DNA of 64,000 bases, from the NCBI RefSeq assembly GCF_006345805.1, contig NC_042997.1, positions 135,160,001-135,224,000 on the forward strand, read 5' to 3'. The notes beneath the pieces are model-generated. The model was not told the DNA's origin and made no database searches. It saw only the letters and a list, made by a program, of their open reading frames with translations. Numbering within the stretch: the first letter of the stretch is position 1; each line of letters begins with the position of its first letter. Below are positions 38,441 through 50,035 of this stretch, one piece after another. This DNA is from Octopus sinensis (Eukaryota). The position numbers were made by a program, and so were the translations under genes.

Positions 38441-39280
38441 TGTCCATTTCAATCACAAAGAGAAGAAATAATAAAATAAGGTGTTCCAAATGTCTATCGC
38501 AATAAAGTAAAGTTATTGTGCACTGGTTTTTTAATAATTCATTCCACTAAACACGGCAGTTATATATGAGTACTACCATAATTTCGTAAAGGTAGATAAA
38601 GTGGAAAGAAAAAAGTGAAGGAAAAATATACAGAATATCGGAAGAATTGACAGAAGCAGTTAGAATTGTAAATGATTGATTGAGGTTGTCAGCTTACTAG
38701 AATGAACAAAACGGTGTCGCTTTTATAGTAACCAAATGTGCATCGAGAAATAGGTAAATATTTCATCGAAAGCGGAAATTTGAGTGTTTGTACTTTTATT
38801 TAGTATTTTTAGAGAAATCAACACATAGCAGTTATAGTGATGATGTGCTCTATATTTGTTCAGAGGACGAAAAATAGGGGAGACCTTTAAGAATCTCCCC
38901 AAAAATGAAAAAAAATTATACCGAGCTGAACGATAATTAAATGTAATAAAATGAAAAAAAAAAATCGGTAATATATTTACATTAAAGATAACATATTATT
39001 ACATAAAACGAATAAATTGATTAATGACTAACTATATGTGACGTTTGTGAAATAATTCCTTCTGAATAGTGCCGAGAAAAGGTCAAATTAAATATAAATT
39101 CACAAATCATGATTATACATCAGATAATGATATTAAGTAACACCATAGTAATAATCGTCCTTTCTTTTTCTTTCCCACTACTCTTCTTTATTTCGCTCTC
39201 TCGCTCTCTCTCCTCATAGACACTTCTACATGAACCAGCAACTTTGGAAAAGCGTAGTTGGTTTGACGAAACTAAGATTG

Positions 39281-39407
39281 CCTGAGTCTCGTGGAGCTTT
39301 AGGTGTTTTCGCTCAATAAACACTCACAACGCCCGTTTTGGGAATCGAAACCGCAATCCTACGACCGCGAGTCTGCTGCCCTAACCACTGGGCCATTGCG
39401 CCTCCAC
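39281..39407 (-). mobile_element. Family 1 SINE, 5' half
   Basis: Near-identical to 13150-13272, with a tRNA-like head. Confidence 0.85.
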
Positions 39408-39413
39408 ACATAC

Positions 39414-39567
<154 letters not shown>

Positions 39568-39975
39568 TAAAGACAGATACATACATACATATTAATGATT
39601 TAATGCTCAGTTGTAAGAAAATAAACCTAATAAGATGGGTTACTCCATACATTTGTAGAGTACAAATTCAGCCAGCTAACACATCGTCGGACGATGGCTT
39701 AGCTGGGCGAAACTTCGAAGTTTTGGGTGTTTTGCGATGGGAGTTCAAACCCTAAGGTCGTAAATATTGCCGTTTGTCCTTTCAGGTTCGACAATGGCAG
39801 TCTAGGATGATGCGCGTTTTTTAGTACTTATTCAGGTTGAATCTGTTTGGAATTGAAATGCCATCTCCTGTCAGGATAGAAAACGAAATCAATGACATAC
39901 CTGCAAGACGTTGTAACCGAAAAAAAGTGGGGAAAAAACTAAATGACTTGAACTTTACTTTCCTTTATTCAGCTG

Positions 39976-40112
39976 ATCGAAATCTAGTAGAACTCGTAAT
40001 GACTTTGGACATAATACGAACGATACAAGTAATCAATTTGTTGAACCCCTAAGTCAGGACATGGTGGATGACGACATTCGAGACCACTGCAGCTCGTTAG
40101 ATGACTCAACTA

Positions 40113-40114
<2 letters not shown>
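39976..40114 (+). repeat. 139-bp intronic copy of an internal segment of the GPCR exon (40810-40948)
   Basis: Two mismatches in 139 bp (cccctaag vs ccactaag; tcaactaac vs tccactaac). Confidence 0.95.
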
Positions 40115-40144
<30 letters not shown>

Positions 40145-40580
40145 CCGTATTAAACGCACACACATACACCCACAACCGTATTAAACACTCATGCGCATAT
40201 TGCATATTCAGGCACACATCATGACAGGGAGGTAGAAATATATAGTTTTGCTATAAAGACGTACAGAGAGAGAACTATCGAAATTTTGACGTGGGATTTC
40301 CTTTTACTACATGTTCTTTGTATCATATTGTTCTTTATATATATATATATATATATGTGTGTGTGGTGTGTGTGTGTGTGGTGTGTGTGTGTGTGTGTGT
40401 GTGTGAGCCGCATGGTTTGTGTATATGTGTGTTTCGGTGCTTGTGTGTGTGCCTGTGTCTGTGTCTGTGTGACTGTGTGTCTGTGTTTATATATAACTAT
40501 CAACGTAGTAGAGAAAATTAGTTTGCATTTAAGTGTTATCATGCATAAAATTTCAATTTATTTACGTGTCTCTTCCACAG

Positions 40581-41262
40581 ACAGAATTACAGAGCTGAAG
40601 AAAGCGTTGGAGTACGTTGAGAGATTAAACGCTTCAAACTGTAAGAATGGTACCAGTGACACCTTAGCACTTCGACTCGATAGAACAGTTTGGGACCAGT
40701 ATGCGAAAGTAGCTTTGAAGACAGCAAATTTTGTCAGTAAATACTTACAAATAAAATCGATTAATGGCAGTTTAACAAACGACGTCAGCGAAACATTAAA
40801 TCAAGAAATATCGAAATCTAGTAGAACTCGTAATGACTTTGGACATAATACGAACGATACAAGTAATCAATTTGTTGAACCACTAAGTCAGGACATGGTG
40901 GATGACGACATTCGAGACCACTGCAGCTCGTTAGATGACTCCACTAACAAGCAACTTAATTCAAGCTTTGATGAAAACCTTCGCAATGTAAGCGATATTC
41001 TCACAATATTTTATCTGCTTGTGCAAAACAATATCGATACGTCCTCAAAAATAATAGTCGGATCAGCACTTGCTTTAGAGCCTTACGTCATCCCAGGTCT
41101 GGAAATGTTCAGTCCATATGCTCATAAAACGAGTTCGACTTGTATAAATCTTGAAGATCTAGCTCTGAAATACAATTACATGGATAAAAGTGTTCAATGG
41201 TATTTCTCCGTGTCTCATAATCTCAATGAAAGTCAAATAGAAACAGAGACAGTAAAATATGG
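40581..41262 (+). CDS. GPR158-like: GPCR exon: N-terminal helical region and Cache domain part 1
   Basis: Acceptor gtgtctcttccacag|, donor GG|gtaagt. 'RITELKKALEYVERLNASNC...QYAKVALKTANFVS...IVGSALALEP...FSPYAHK...DLALKYNY...QWY'. Entry phase 1, so an upstream exon is needed. An in-frame ATG at 40541 lacks a signal peptide. Confidence 0.88.
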
Positions 41263-41449
41263 GTAAGTTACCTTAAGGTATATATTGGAAACTGTAAAAT
41301 GTGTGGAAAATATTGGTAAGGTACCAAAAGGTATGTTGTAAACAAACACTATTATTGCTAATGTTATTGTTTCTATCCTTATTGTTCTCTTATAGCAGAA
41401 ATAATTTCTAGACATACTTGTAAAACATTTCAAGAAAGTTTTATTTTCA

Positions 41450-41660
41450 TCTTTTACTTGTTTCACTCTGAGGCAATGCTGGGGCACCGCCTTTAAGGAT
41501 TTAATCGCAAATATCAACCCCATCCCCACTACATGATTTTATAGCTTGGTGGTTGTTCTATTGGTTTCTTTTTGGAGAGTCACCAATGTACGAAGCGGTA
41601 AACAAACTAGCACCAGTTGTCAAGCAGTTTTGGAGTTACAAACACAAACACACACACACA
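41450..41660 (-). mobile_element. Diverged family 3 SINE tail
   Basis: The reverse complement resembles 48140-48345 ('gcttgacaac...tgctagtttgtttac...aaaggcggtgcccc'). Confidence 0.6.
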
Positions 41661-41676
41661 CCACACACACACACAC

Positions 41677-41740
<64 letters not shown>

Positions 41741-41873
41741 CAACATCATCATTGTTCGACCGTGGTCGAGACAATGGAATTTACCATGCTACGCCAGACT
41801 TCACGGTCCATCATAGCATTACGGAGGTCCTGTTACTGGACGCCCGTATCCCTGGAGTGATGTGATCTCCAGG

Positions 41874-41877
<4 letters not shown>
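41741..41877 (-). mobile_element. Tiny 3' end of an RTE-type LINE inserted in (GATA)n, with 5' micro-inversion
   Basis: Minus strand '(S)RDTGVQ*QDLRNAMMDREVWRSMVNSIVSTTVEQ**' with a TGA-repeat tail; inverted repeat at 41847-41857/41867-41877. Confidence 0.75.
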
Positions 41878-41965
<88 letters not shown>

Positions 41966-41974
41966 GACTTCTCT

Positions 41975-42110
41975 CACTTTCCGTCTACCAAATCCACTCA
42001 CAAGTATTTAGTGGATGCGGGGATATAGTAGAAGACACCTGTCCAAGGTGGCATGCTGTAGTTTCAACTCGGAAGTATGTGATTGGAAAGTATACTTCTT
42101 ACAACGCAGT
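41975..42110 (-). mobile_element. Diverged family 3 SINE, 5' part
   Basis: 'tttccgtctaccaaatccactcacaag...atagtagaagacacctgtccaaggtggca'. Confidence 0.75.
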
Positions 42111-44154
42111 CAATTTTATTCGTGTTTTTTTTTCTTGCTATTGTCTTCAGCTACTGTATGTTTCATTGAATTTACTATTACAAAAGCGTTTACTGCGTTG
42201 AAGGCAGAAGGATAATATCCTCACATAATTCTCATAGTGATCTGAAGTCACTTGTGGGATATTCCTATCAATAACGTCATTTAAGATCCTATTTCGCCTT
42301 GTTTTTACAGTAGTGAGTGTAGTACAGAGAAGCTTCTTATTGTAGGAGAATAAAATGAAAATCTTGTAGATGAGAAATTCGAACGTCTCAAGCGAAGTAA
42401 CAGAAAACATATGTTTAACTAAAAGTCAGAACTCTCTTACTATTGTCCCATTCGTTAACTGTAGTTAAATCAAATCATTCAACTACGGTAGTTGCTGAAT
42501 AATATTCTTAAGGCCGCAATTTACTCACACGCAACATCTTTCAGAGTTTGTCACTAATTTAGTTCTTAACCAAACTGAAAACTGTTAAAACTTTTGAAGA
42601 GGACCGATCCCTAGCTACATTTTAGCATTAAAAAATTGAGATTTGATCCAGTAGAAAAGAGTTTACATCAAAATTAGTACGAACGTTATAGGAGAGTAAG
42701 GAACGCCACCAATCGAGTTTAGATCTATATAGCATTTTTTATTTTAAAAGCAAAATATATTTATCTTAGCTTCAATGATTGAAGAAAGCAGGAAGAATTT
42801 CATAGTTTTGTTCCCATGCAACAAAACTTTTGAATCAAAAAGTTGTGAAAAATATAAGGCAAAAATTGGATTTAAGTACAATCAACTTTTCTATTTTAAA
42901 AACAAACTATATTTTAATTAAGCTTAAATGATAGAGCTCAAATCGAGGAATTTTATATCAATCTCATGCAATGAAGTTTTAAATGAAAAAAGGTTTGTGT
43001 TCGTCTCTCAAATTTGAGGGTGATAATATAGTTCTGTACTTTTTAATGAAAATAGTTCTATAAGGGGAGTTTTAATACATGTCACCGGCGTCTTTGAGGT
43101 AAGTAAAAATTATCAACGACACCGCTAATTGAGACATTTGACAATTATTAGTTAGTATAATCGCATAGCCTGGAAAAAACATGGATTACATGGGAAAATA
43201 CGAGCAAGAGAAATAATATTCTTAAGATTATTAATCTGGAGAATTACAAGACAAGTTATTACACTTGGAAAAGTTCAGGACAGCTTATTACATCCGGAAA
43301 AGTTCAGAACAAGAACATTTCTTATTTAGATTTTGCAGCTAAAGATAAAATTTGAATATAACAAATAATTTGATTTTAATTTACAAAGTAACGTTATAAT
43401 TAAAAAAGGTACCATTATTTTGTTAAAATATTGACACACAAGAATATTTAAAAAATGAATGCCGAAAGTACCAATATAGCTAAAGTAAAATAGTATATAT
43501 GGTAAGCAAATTCATTATGTAAAAAATAGAAAATTAGGTCAAGACTAAAAATGTGAAGACTTGGCAATAACTTTAGCAATAACCCAAGTAATTTTTACTG
43601 TGAATTTGTTACAGGTAGATTTTACTATAACATATAGCTAAATTTTGTATTATTCTATTTATTATACTAACTAATCGTGTACAACTATTATTTTTTATAA
43701 CCTATTTTCAAATTTCTTATTAATAATTAATAATTTTGTGCAATTTTTAATATTAATAGAAGTAACATGTAATAACATATAGAAGTAATAACATTTTTAG
43801 CTTTAATAAAAGCTAATATTTTCTAAATCTAAATACTTTATTTGAAATTTTATCCTAAGCTGCAATATTTTAAGTAAAAATTTTCCTCGTTTTGTACTCT
43901 ACCAGATGTGATGATCTGTCCAGAACTTTTCCAAGTGTAATAACTTGTCCTGTTATTTTCCAGGTTTATAATTATTTCTCTTGCTCATATTTTTTCCATG
44001 TAATAAATAAGATGGGAAAACTGGCTCAGAAATATTCAAGTTATGAAATTGATTTCAAAGCATCATTATTACAATAATGAATATGAATTAATTGAAATCA
44101 AGACTGATGAAAATTATGTTGATAAAGATGAGGAAAATTTCTTTATAATTTTAG

Positions 44155-44325
44155 TGACATGACCGTAGGCATCAAGAAGTCGGGCATAAATACTTATGCT
44201 GTTGCTAGTCTGGCGAATGGTTACTGGACAAACCCGTATTTTGATTGTGGTGGTGGCAACATTTGGATGGTAACGTTTTCAGCACCAATACTTTGGATAA
44301 GTCCAAACAGAAAAATATATTTCAG
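44155..44325 (+). CDS. GPR158-like: GPCR exon: Cache domain core
   Basis: ttttag|T GAC...TTC AG|gtaaat; 'GYWTNPYFDCGGGNIWMVTFSAPIL', the hallmark of the GPR158/Smog/CG31760 family. Confidence 0.95.
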
Positions 44326-44573
44326 GTAAATTGTTCATTTTCATTGTGGTATATTATTTTATCAGGTTTTTCAGGTTTTTGGTTCAACACCATCAACACC
44401 ATCTAAAGTAAGCGGTTTTCTGGAACCCGGTTGAAGCGATAAGGCGAAGTCAAATGGATGTAATGATTAGCTACCGAGAAGTAAAACAAAACCATCAGGA
44501 ATTATTTTCGCAGTTTTGCCTTGTTTGATTTTCTGTACTGATACATACACACGCACGCACATACACAATGTGC

Positions 44574-45400
44574 GTGGAGAATTGTCCTGATCAAACAAGA
44601 CCCCTTTACTCAGTTTTCTTAGATGTTTGTTCTTGATAAACTTTCGTAACTGCCTCAGCATTTTGGCATAGAAATATCCATTGAGGTGTGGCCCTTTTGA
44701 AGATAATCAATAAACACAGTGCCTTTTGCATCCAAAATACTAAGGTCATCGCCTTTCCTGCAGATGAAACGAACTTGACCTTCTTTGGATTCGGTGAGGA
44801 AGGGTGTTTCCTCTGCATAGATTGTCTCCCATCTTATGTTAGGAAATGTTGAATAAAACCCAACTGGATCTGTCTCAATGTCAGATATTAACCCGTAATG
44901 AGATCAACCTGATGCGCTTCAGATGGGTGTCAGAAGACGTGCCACCTATCGTGCAGGAGACTTCGTCGTGCCAAGTTCATTGTGCAGTATATATTCTCAA
45001 CTCTCTCATAGTAATCCTATTAGCATTGGCCATTTCATTTATAGTCAATCACTTGTTATCCATTAGCCTGTGATAAACATGATCAATGTTTTCCAGCTGC
45101 AGGATATCCAGATGCTGGATCATCTTTAAGGCTCTCCATTCCCGTCCTAAATTCAGCTACATACTTTTACATTATTAATAAAGTCAGACCTTCATTACCT
45201 AATGTAGCATGAATGTCGTTGGGGGCTAAACCCTTTTTTCTGCAAGTACTTGATAACTCCACGATGCCAAATTTTGTCTATATTTAAGAGAAATCGTTAA
45301 TAGTTACCTTTGGAATCTTTGAAAAGTGCGATGTCAGTTTAGCTGCAAAGAAATGATGCAGTTATTAATAAGAGAAGTTGGAATTAATGCATACATCTCT
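44574..45400 (-). mobile_element. Degenerate mariner transposon, 3'-truncated
   Basis: 'DKIWHRGVIKYLQKKGLAP', 'ERVENILHNELG', 'KHPSSPNPKKVKFVSSAGKAMTLVFW' and 'LRQLRKFIKNKHLRKLSKGVLFDQDNSP'. Confidence 0.85.
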
Positions 45401-45869
45401 AGCATCACTCCTTCACAATCAGCCTATGGGCCTTTCAGCCAACTCTCCTATATAAATAAATAGGCTGCTTGCTTTTATGCTTTTCGTCAAAGTGATGTAG
45501 ACTTCTGTTGAGCGATTAATGATTTAAAAATCGAGTAAGGCTGTCCTAAATTTTGTTTTCAATTTACAAAGAAAAAATTAAATTTGCTTTGACTATTTAT
45601 TTACTACATCGGTTATGTGTGTATGCGTGTGTACGTGCGTGCGTGCGTGCGTGTGTGTGTATATAGACAGACATATAATTACACACACACACACATTCAT
45701 AAAAATGTGCATAAATAATGCGCGCGCGCATCCCAAGACTTGTAATGTCAGCAGTGGAATTTACCTGATGGTTCTCGCAAAACCGCCGAGCTAAAAGTCC
45801 CTCGAGAGATATCTGATAGTTGATTATTGGAAAAGAAAACTAAAACTGTACAGGACAGCTTTTATTAGT

Positions 45870-47560
45870 CTGTCTAAAACCAAAACAATAAATACTGAAA
45901 CTGATATGCTAGGCTGGTTGACAGTTACACGTACTACGCTAGTAGCTAAAATCCAGGAGATGCTTATGGACAGAAATAAAAGGCTAATTCCATGCTTGAA
46001 AGAGATGTATAAATTATATACCACACAATGTGCAGATATATACCACACAATGTGCAGATAAAAGACAAGGCAAGAGAAAAGAAACAAATCTGGGGCTGTG
46101 ATGAATAACTCCTCATCAACGAAGCCAACCTTGACGAAAGCTGGTAACTTCGAAATCTGCTACCTGTATGTATAATAAGGCGATTGGCTGTTCCTCACAT
46201 ATGGATAAAAGAGTGTCTACACCTTGCTAAGTTTCCAACTGTTATAGTTAATGCCGTTAAGAGACTAATGACTACAAGGTTCACAGATGTATCTTTAAGA
46301 ACTTAAACTAGCACTGTAGTCAAGAGAATTATGCTATCAACAGATTCGTTTCAGGCTGATAGGTTATTTGTAATACTTTCAGTTCTAGCAGATCACCTCT
46401 AAAAGCTATAGATGAAAGAAAGATTTAGTTTTCGAACACCGTTTTTTGTCGATGATCTTAAGCTGTATTGGAGTAACATTCTTGACACAAAAAGTTGTTG
46501 TAACTGCTCACAACGTTCCAGATATAGGAATGGAATTTGCTCAGGACAAATGTTCATATTCGATAGTCAAACAGAGAAAGGTTATCGATCAGGCATAGAA
46601 TATGGATATCAATGGCCTGTCTCGCCTATCACTAATGATGAATGTTGGAAATGCTTTGAAATCGTCGAGAAAATTGTATTTCTTGTTGCTGTAATACCAG
46701 AATGACAAAAGAATACTTCAGAAGACTTAGGAAGGTATGGAAGTTAGAGCTGTCTTCATTAAATAATACGATATCGGACAATGCTTTTGCAATACCAAGC
46801 TAGTACTAACATTCGGGACATTAGAATGAACGTTTGAAGACATCTGCAACAAATTATTGGTACCTTCTACACCAACTGGGACACTGGCAGTATCTATATT
46901 AAACAGAGGGATAGAGATAAATTTATAAGGTCCGCCAAAACTGCTTTTATATACCTCATTATATAATTTAGACTACTGTTACTAAACATCAAATTTAGAA
47001 ATGAGTACACCACATGTGTTCTCCCCAGTAAAATAATAACGGTATGAAATTACGCGGAGACTTCTGAACAAATACTCCGAGTTTACGGCTACTACACGTT
47101 AAACAAGAGTGGTTGGACTGACCTACTTAAACAGAGAATTGCTCATCATACAAGTAGAAAGATATGCATGGGTACATGTTCTGCAAGCAAGAGAATGGGA
47201 AAATTAGTAGCGTGTCCTATCCTGGACCACTCATAAGTATTTCACACTTCACTTAGAAAACTATAACTTTTCTATCCATGAACAGGGGGTAGTTACTAAA
47301 TTACTGACCAACAAGAGATAAAGATGCCGCTAAACCTCCACGCTGTGATAGACTATCAACAATACTATATAGGTGTGAAATCTATCGCTCATGTCAAGGC
47401 TAACCAAAAATGTCTGCAAGATACTGCCTTCTCAGGAGAAATGAAATTGTCGCTAAGAAGATCCACAATGCTACGTGCAGGAAGGATTGTCCTGACGGCC
47501 ATTTCAAGGGCACATCAGAATCAGAAAGTAACCACATCTTTAAAGTTCTTTTAAGAACAT
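45870..47560 (+). mobile_element. Degenerate R4/Dong-like non-LTR retrotransposon
   Basis: 'WLTVTRTTLVAK...LIPCLKEMYKLYT', 'IWGCDE*LLINEA', 'VPHIWIKECL' and 'FFVDDLKLY' match R4-clade RT motifs. Includes a 23-bp tandem duplication at ~46017-46060. Confidence 0.7.
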
Positions 47561-47973
47561 ACTGCTGGAAACGTCCAGTTAAAGCAATACCCGGTATAAG
47601 CATAACAAGCCAGATATAGTCATATGAGATACCGAACAAAAGTTGTGCACAATTGCTGAGATTGGTTTTCCAGTGCATGCATGTGTCTTTTCAAAAATTC
47701 AATGAACAACTTCAATGGGGAGACCAATAATATTTATGGTCAAGCAATAGATTTTCATATTTCCTATCATAGTTACATAACAGGAAATTTGCATATAAAC
47801 TCCAAACGCCTGGTTCCTCCTTCAAATAAAGAACAGAGCAGACAGATTCGCATTCTCTAATTATCACCATACAATCGGTCAGAGAAAAAGTTAAATTTGT
47901 AAAACATTCATGAGGTTCTCTATTTGAGGTACGTAGATGAACATAGACACACAATCATATATATATATATATA

Positions 47974-48359
47974 TGGTAAGTAGCTTGTTTACCAACCACA
48001 TGATTCTGGGTTCAGTCCCACTGCGTGGCACCTTGGGCAAGTGTCTTCTATTATAGCCTCGGGCCGACCAAAGCCTTGTGGGTGGATTTGGTAGACTGAA
48101 ACTGAAAGAAGCCCGTCGTATATATGTATATATATATGCGTGTGTGTGTTTGTATGTTTGTCCTCCTAGCATTGCTTGACAACCGATGCTGGTGTGTTTA
48201 TGTCCCCGTTACTTAGCGGTTCGGCAAAAGAGACTGATAAAATAAGTACTGGGCTTACAAAAGAATAAGTCCCGGGGTCGAGTTGCTCGATTAAAGGCGG
48301 TGCTCCAACTTGGCCGCAGTCAAATGACTGAAACAAGTAAAAGAGAGTAAAAGAGAGTA
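47974..48359 (+). mobile_element. Family 3 SINE, near full length
   Basis: Head 'tggtaagtagcttgtttaccaaccacatgattctgggttcagtccc', internal (TA)/(TG) tract, tail 'atgactgaaacaagtaaaagagagtaaaaga'. Confidence 0.85.
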
Positions 48360-49005
48360 TACATCGAATACACACGACCACACCTACAGAAATAATAATG
48401 AAACACTTGTGTTCTGTAATGCCACACGAGTCCAGAACTACAAGTTCATCCACATGCACACAGCGCGCGCGCATGCACACACACATACACACACAATAAG
48501 CACCCATACACGCATACTGACATAAATTCAGGTAATCTCCCCACCGAGGTGTTGTAACTTAAATGAAAGAGCCATGTCACTTGCGACCAATTTGAATTGT
48601 GATGGAAAAAAATAACCTTGATATAATCCTGTACATACTCGCATATATACATACGTACATATAAACATACATACATACATACATACATACATACATACAT
48701 ACATACATACATACATACATACATACATACATACATGCATATATCATGTATATTGTCTGCAGTCTTGAGTACCAGGTATTTACTAAACTAAATTAAGTGA
48801 ATCACGAATTTTCTGTACAAATATGATCCACCTATACTATAAACACAGCAAACAGCTATAATCAAATACTTTGATTATTGATTACTAAGATACGTATAAA
48901 TCCTCAGATTTGGGTGTGACTGTATAGTCGATAAAATCCACTTCACAAAAGAAGAAGTACTGCGTTGCTTTATCAACACCAAAATGATGGATGTCGATCT
49001 CAGCG

Positions 49006-49164
49006 GCAATTCAATTCAAATCGTAAATAAAAGTAAATATTTAATAAATATTACGAGTCATTGCGCATTAAAAAATGTGAGAGCAATTCAATTCAATTCA
49101 AATCGTAAATAAAAGTAAATATTTAATAAATATTACGAGTCATTGCGCATTAAAAAATGTGAGA
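49006..49164. repeat. 82-bp-period direct tandem duplication
   Basis: 'gcaattcaattcaaatcgtaaataaaag...aaaaaatgtgaga' occurs twice. Confidence 0.9.
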
Positions 49165-49629
49165 GATAATAGGAGAGAGGGAGAGAAGGAGAGAGACACA
49201 GATGGAAGAGAGGGATGCAAAAAAGAGAAAGAAAGGGAAAATAGTATCCAACAAACAGTGCAAGTAGTCAGAAAATCAGAGACGGTGTTGGTCTGTTGCT
49301 ATACCTATATGTTGATATAAGCATTCCAGATGCTTTGACGTATTTACAAATTGCGAATCAGAACATGTCAACATGACATTTAAACATTTGATTGAAAAAT
49401 ACAAAAATAAAAAGAGAGACACACTGTTTGATCGATAAATTCACTATTGAATTTTTTGTTAATTGGTTAAATAATACTGCACTGAATGATGAATGGTAAG
49501 GTACTGGAAGCAGAGTAAGAATCCGTTATCTAATTTTCGTCATACTTCTGACGAAATGAAAAAAACTGACAAATGTTATTTTGATCGCAGACTGACAAAT
49601 CTAATACATAGCTGAGGTGACGCTACAAC

Positions 49630-50035
49630 AATAATGATTTTATCTACTATAGACAGAAAGCCTAAAATTCTAAAGAGTGCTAGTTACATCATCCCCAGTA
49701 ATTAATTGGTAATGTTTTATCGACTCTGAAAGGCAAAGTCAACTTCGGCGGAATTTGAATTCAGAGCATGAAGCCGAAAGAAGTGCCGCTAAGCATTCAT
49801 TCCGGCATACTAACGATTCTTCCTCAAGAAGACATTTCTATTACAAACTCAAGGTCAGGAACTTTTGACGGTGAGACTAGTCGGTTACGTCGACGCCAGT
49901 GCTTATTTTATCGACCCCGAATAATAAAAGGCGTAGTAGACCTCAGCAGAAATTGAATTTAGTGTGTAAAGACGGAGGAAATGCCCTCTAAGAATTTTGT
50001 CCGGTTTGCTAACGGTTCTGGCAGCTCACCGCCAT
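49630..50035 (-). mobile_element. Two tandem diverged family 2 SINEs
   Basis: Two successive 'tttatcgac...aaaggc..agt..ac.tc.gc.gaa.ttgaatt...gaaatgcc..taag' units. Confidence 0.7.

Noticed and set aside
40286-40580. N-terminal extension of the 326-aa track ORF
   Set aside because: It runs through (TA)/(TG) repeats and a strong acceptor; the real exon most likely starts at 40581.
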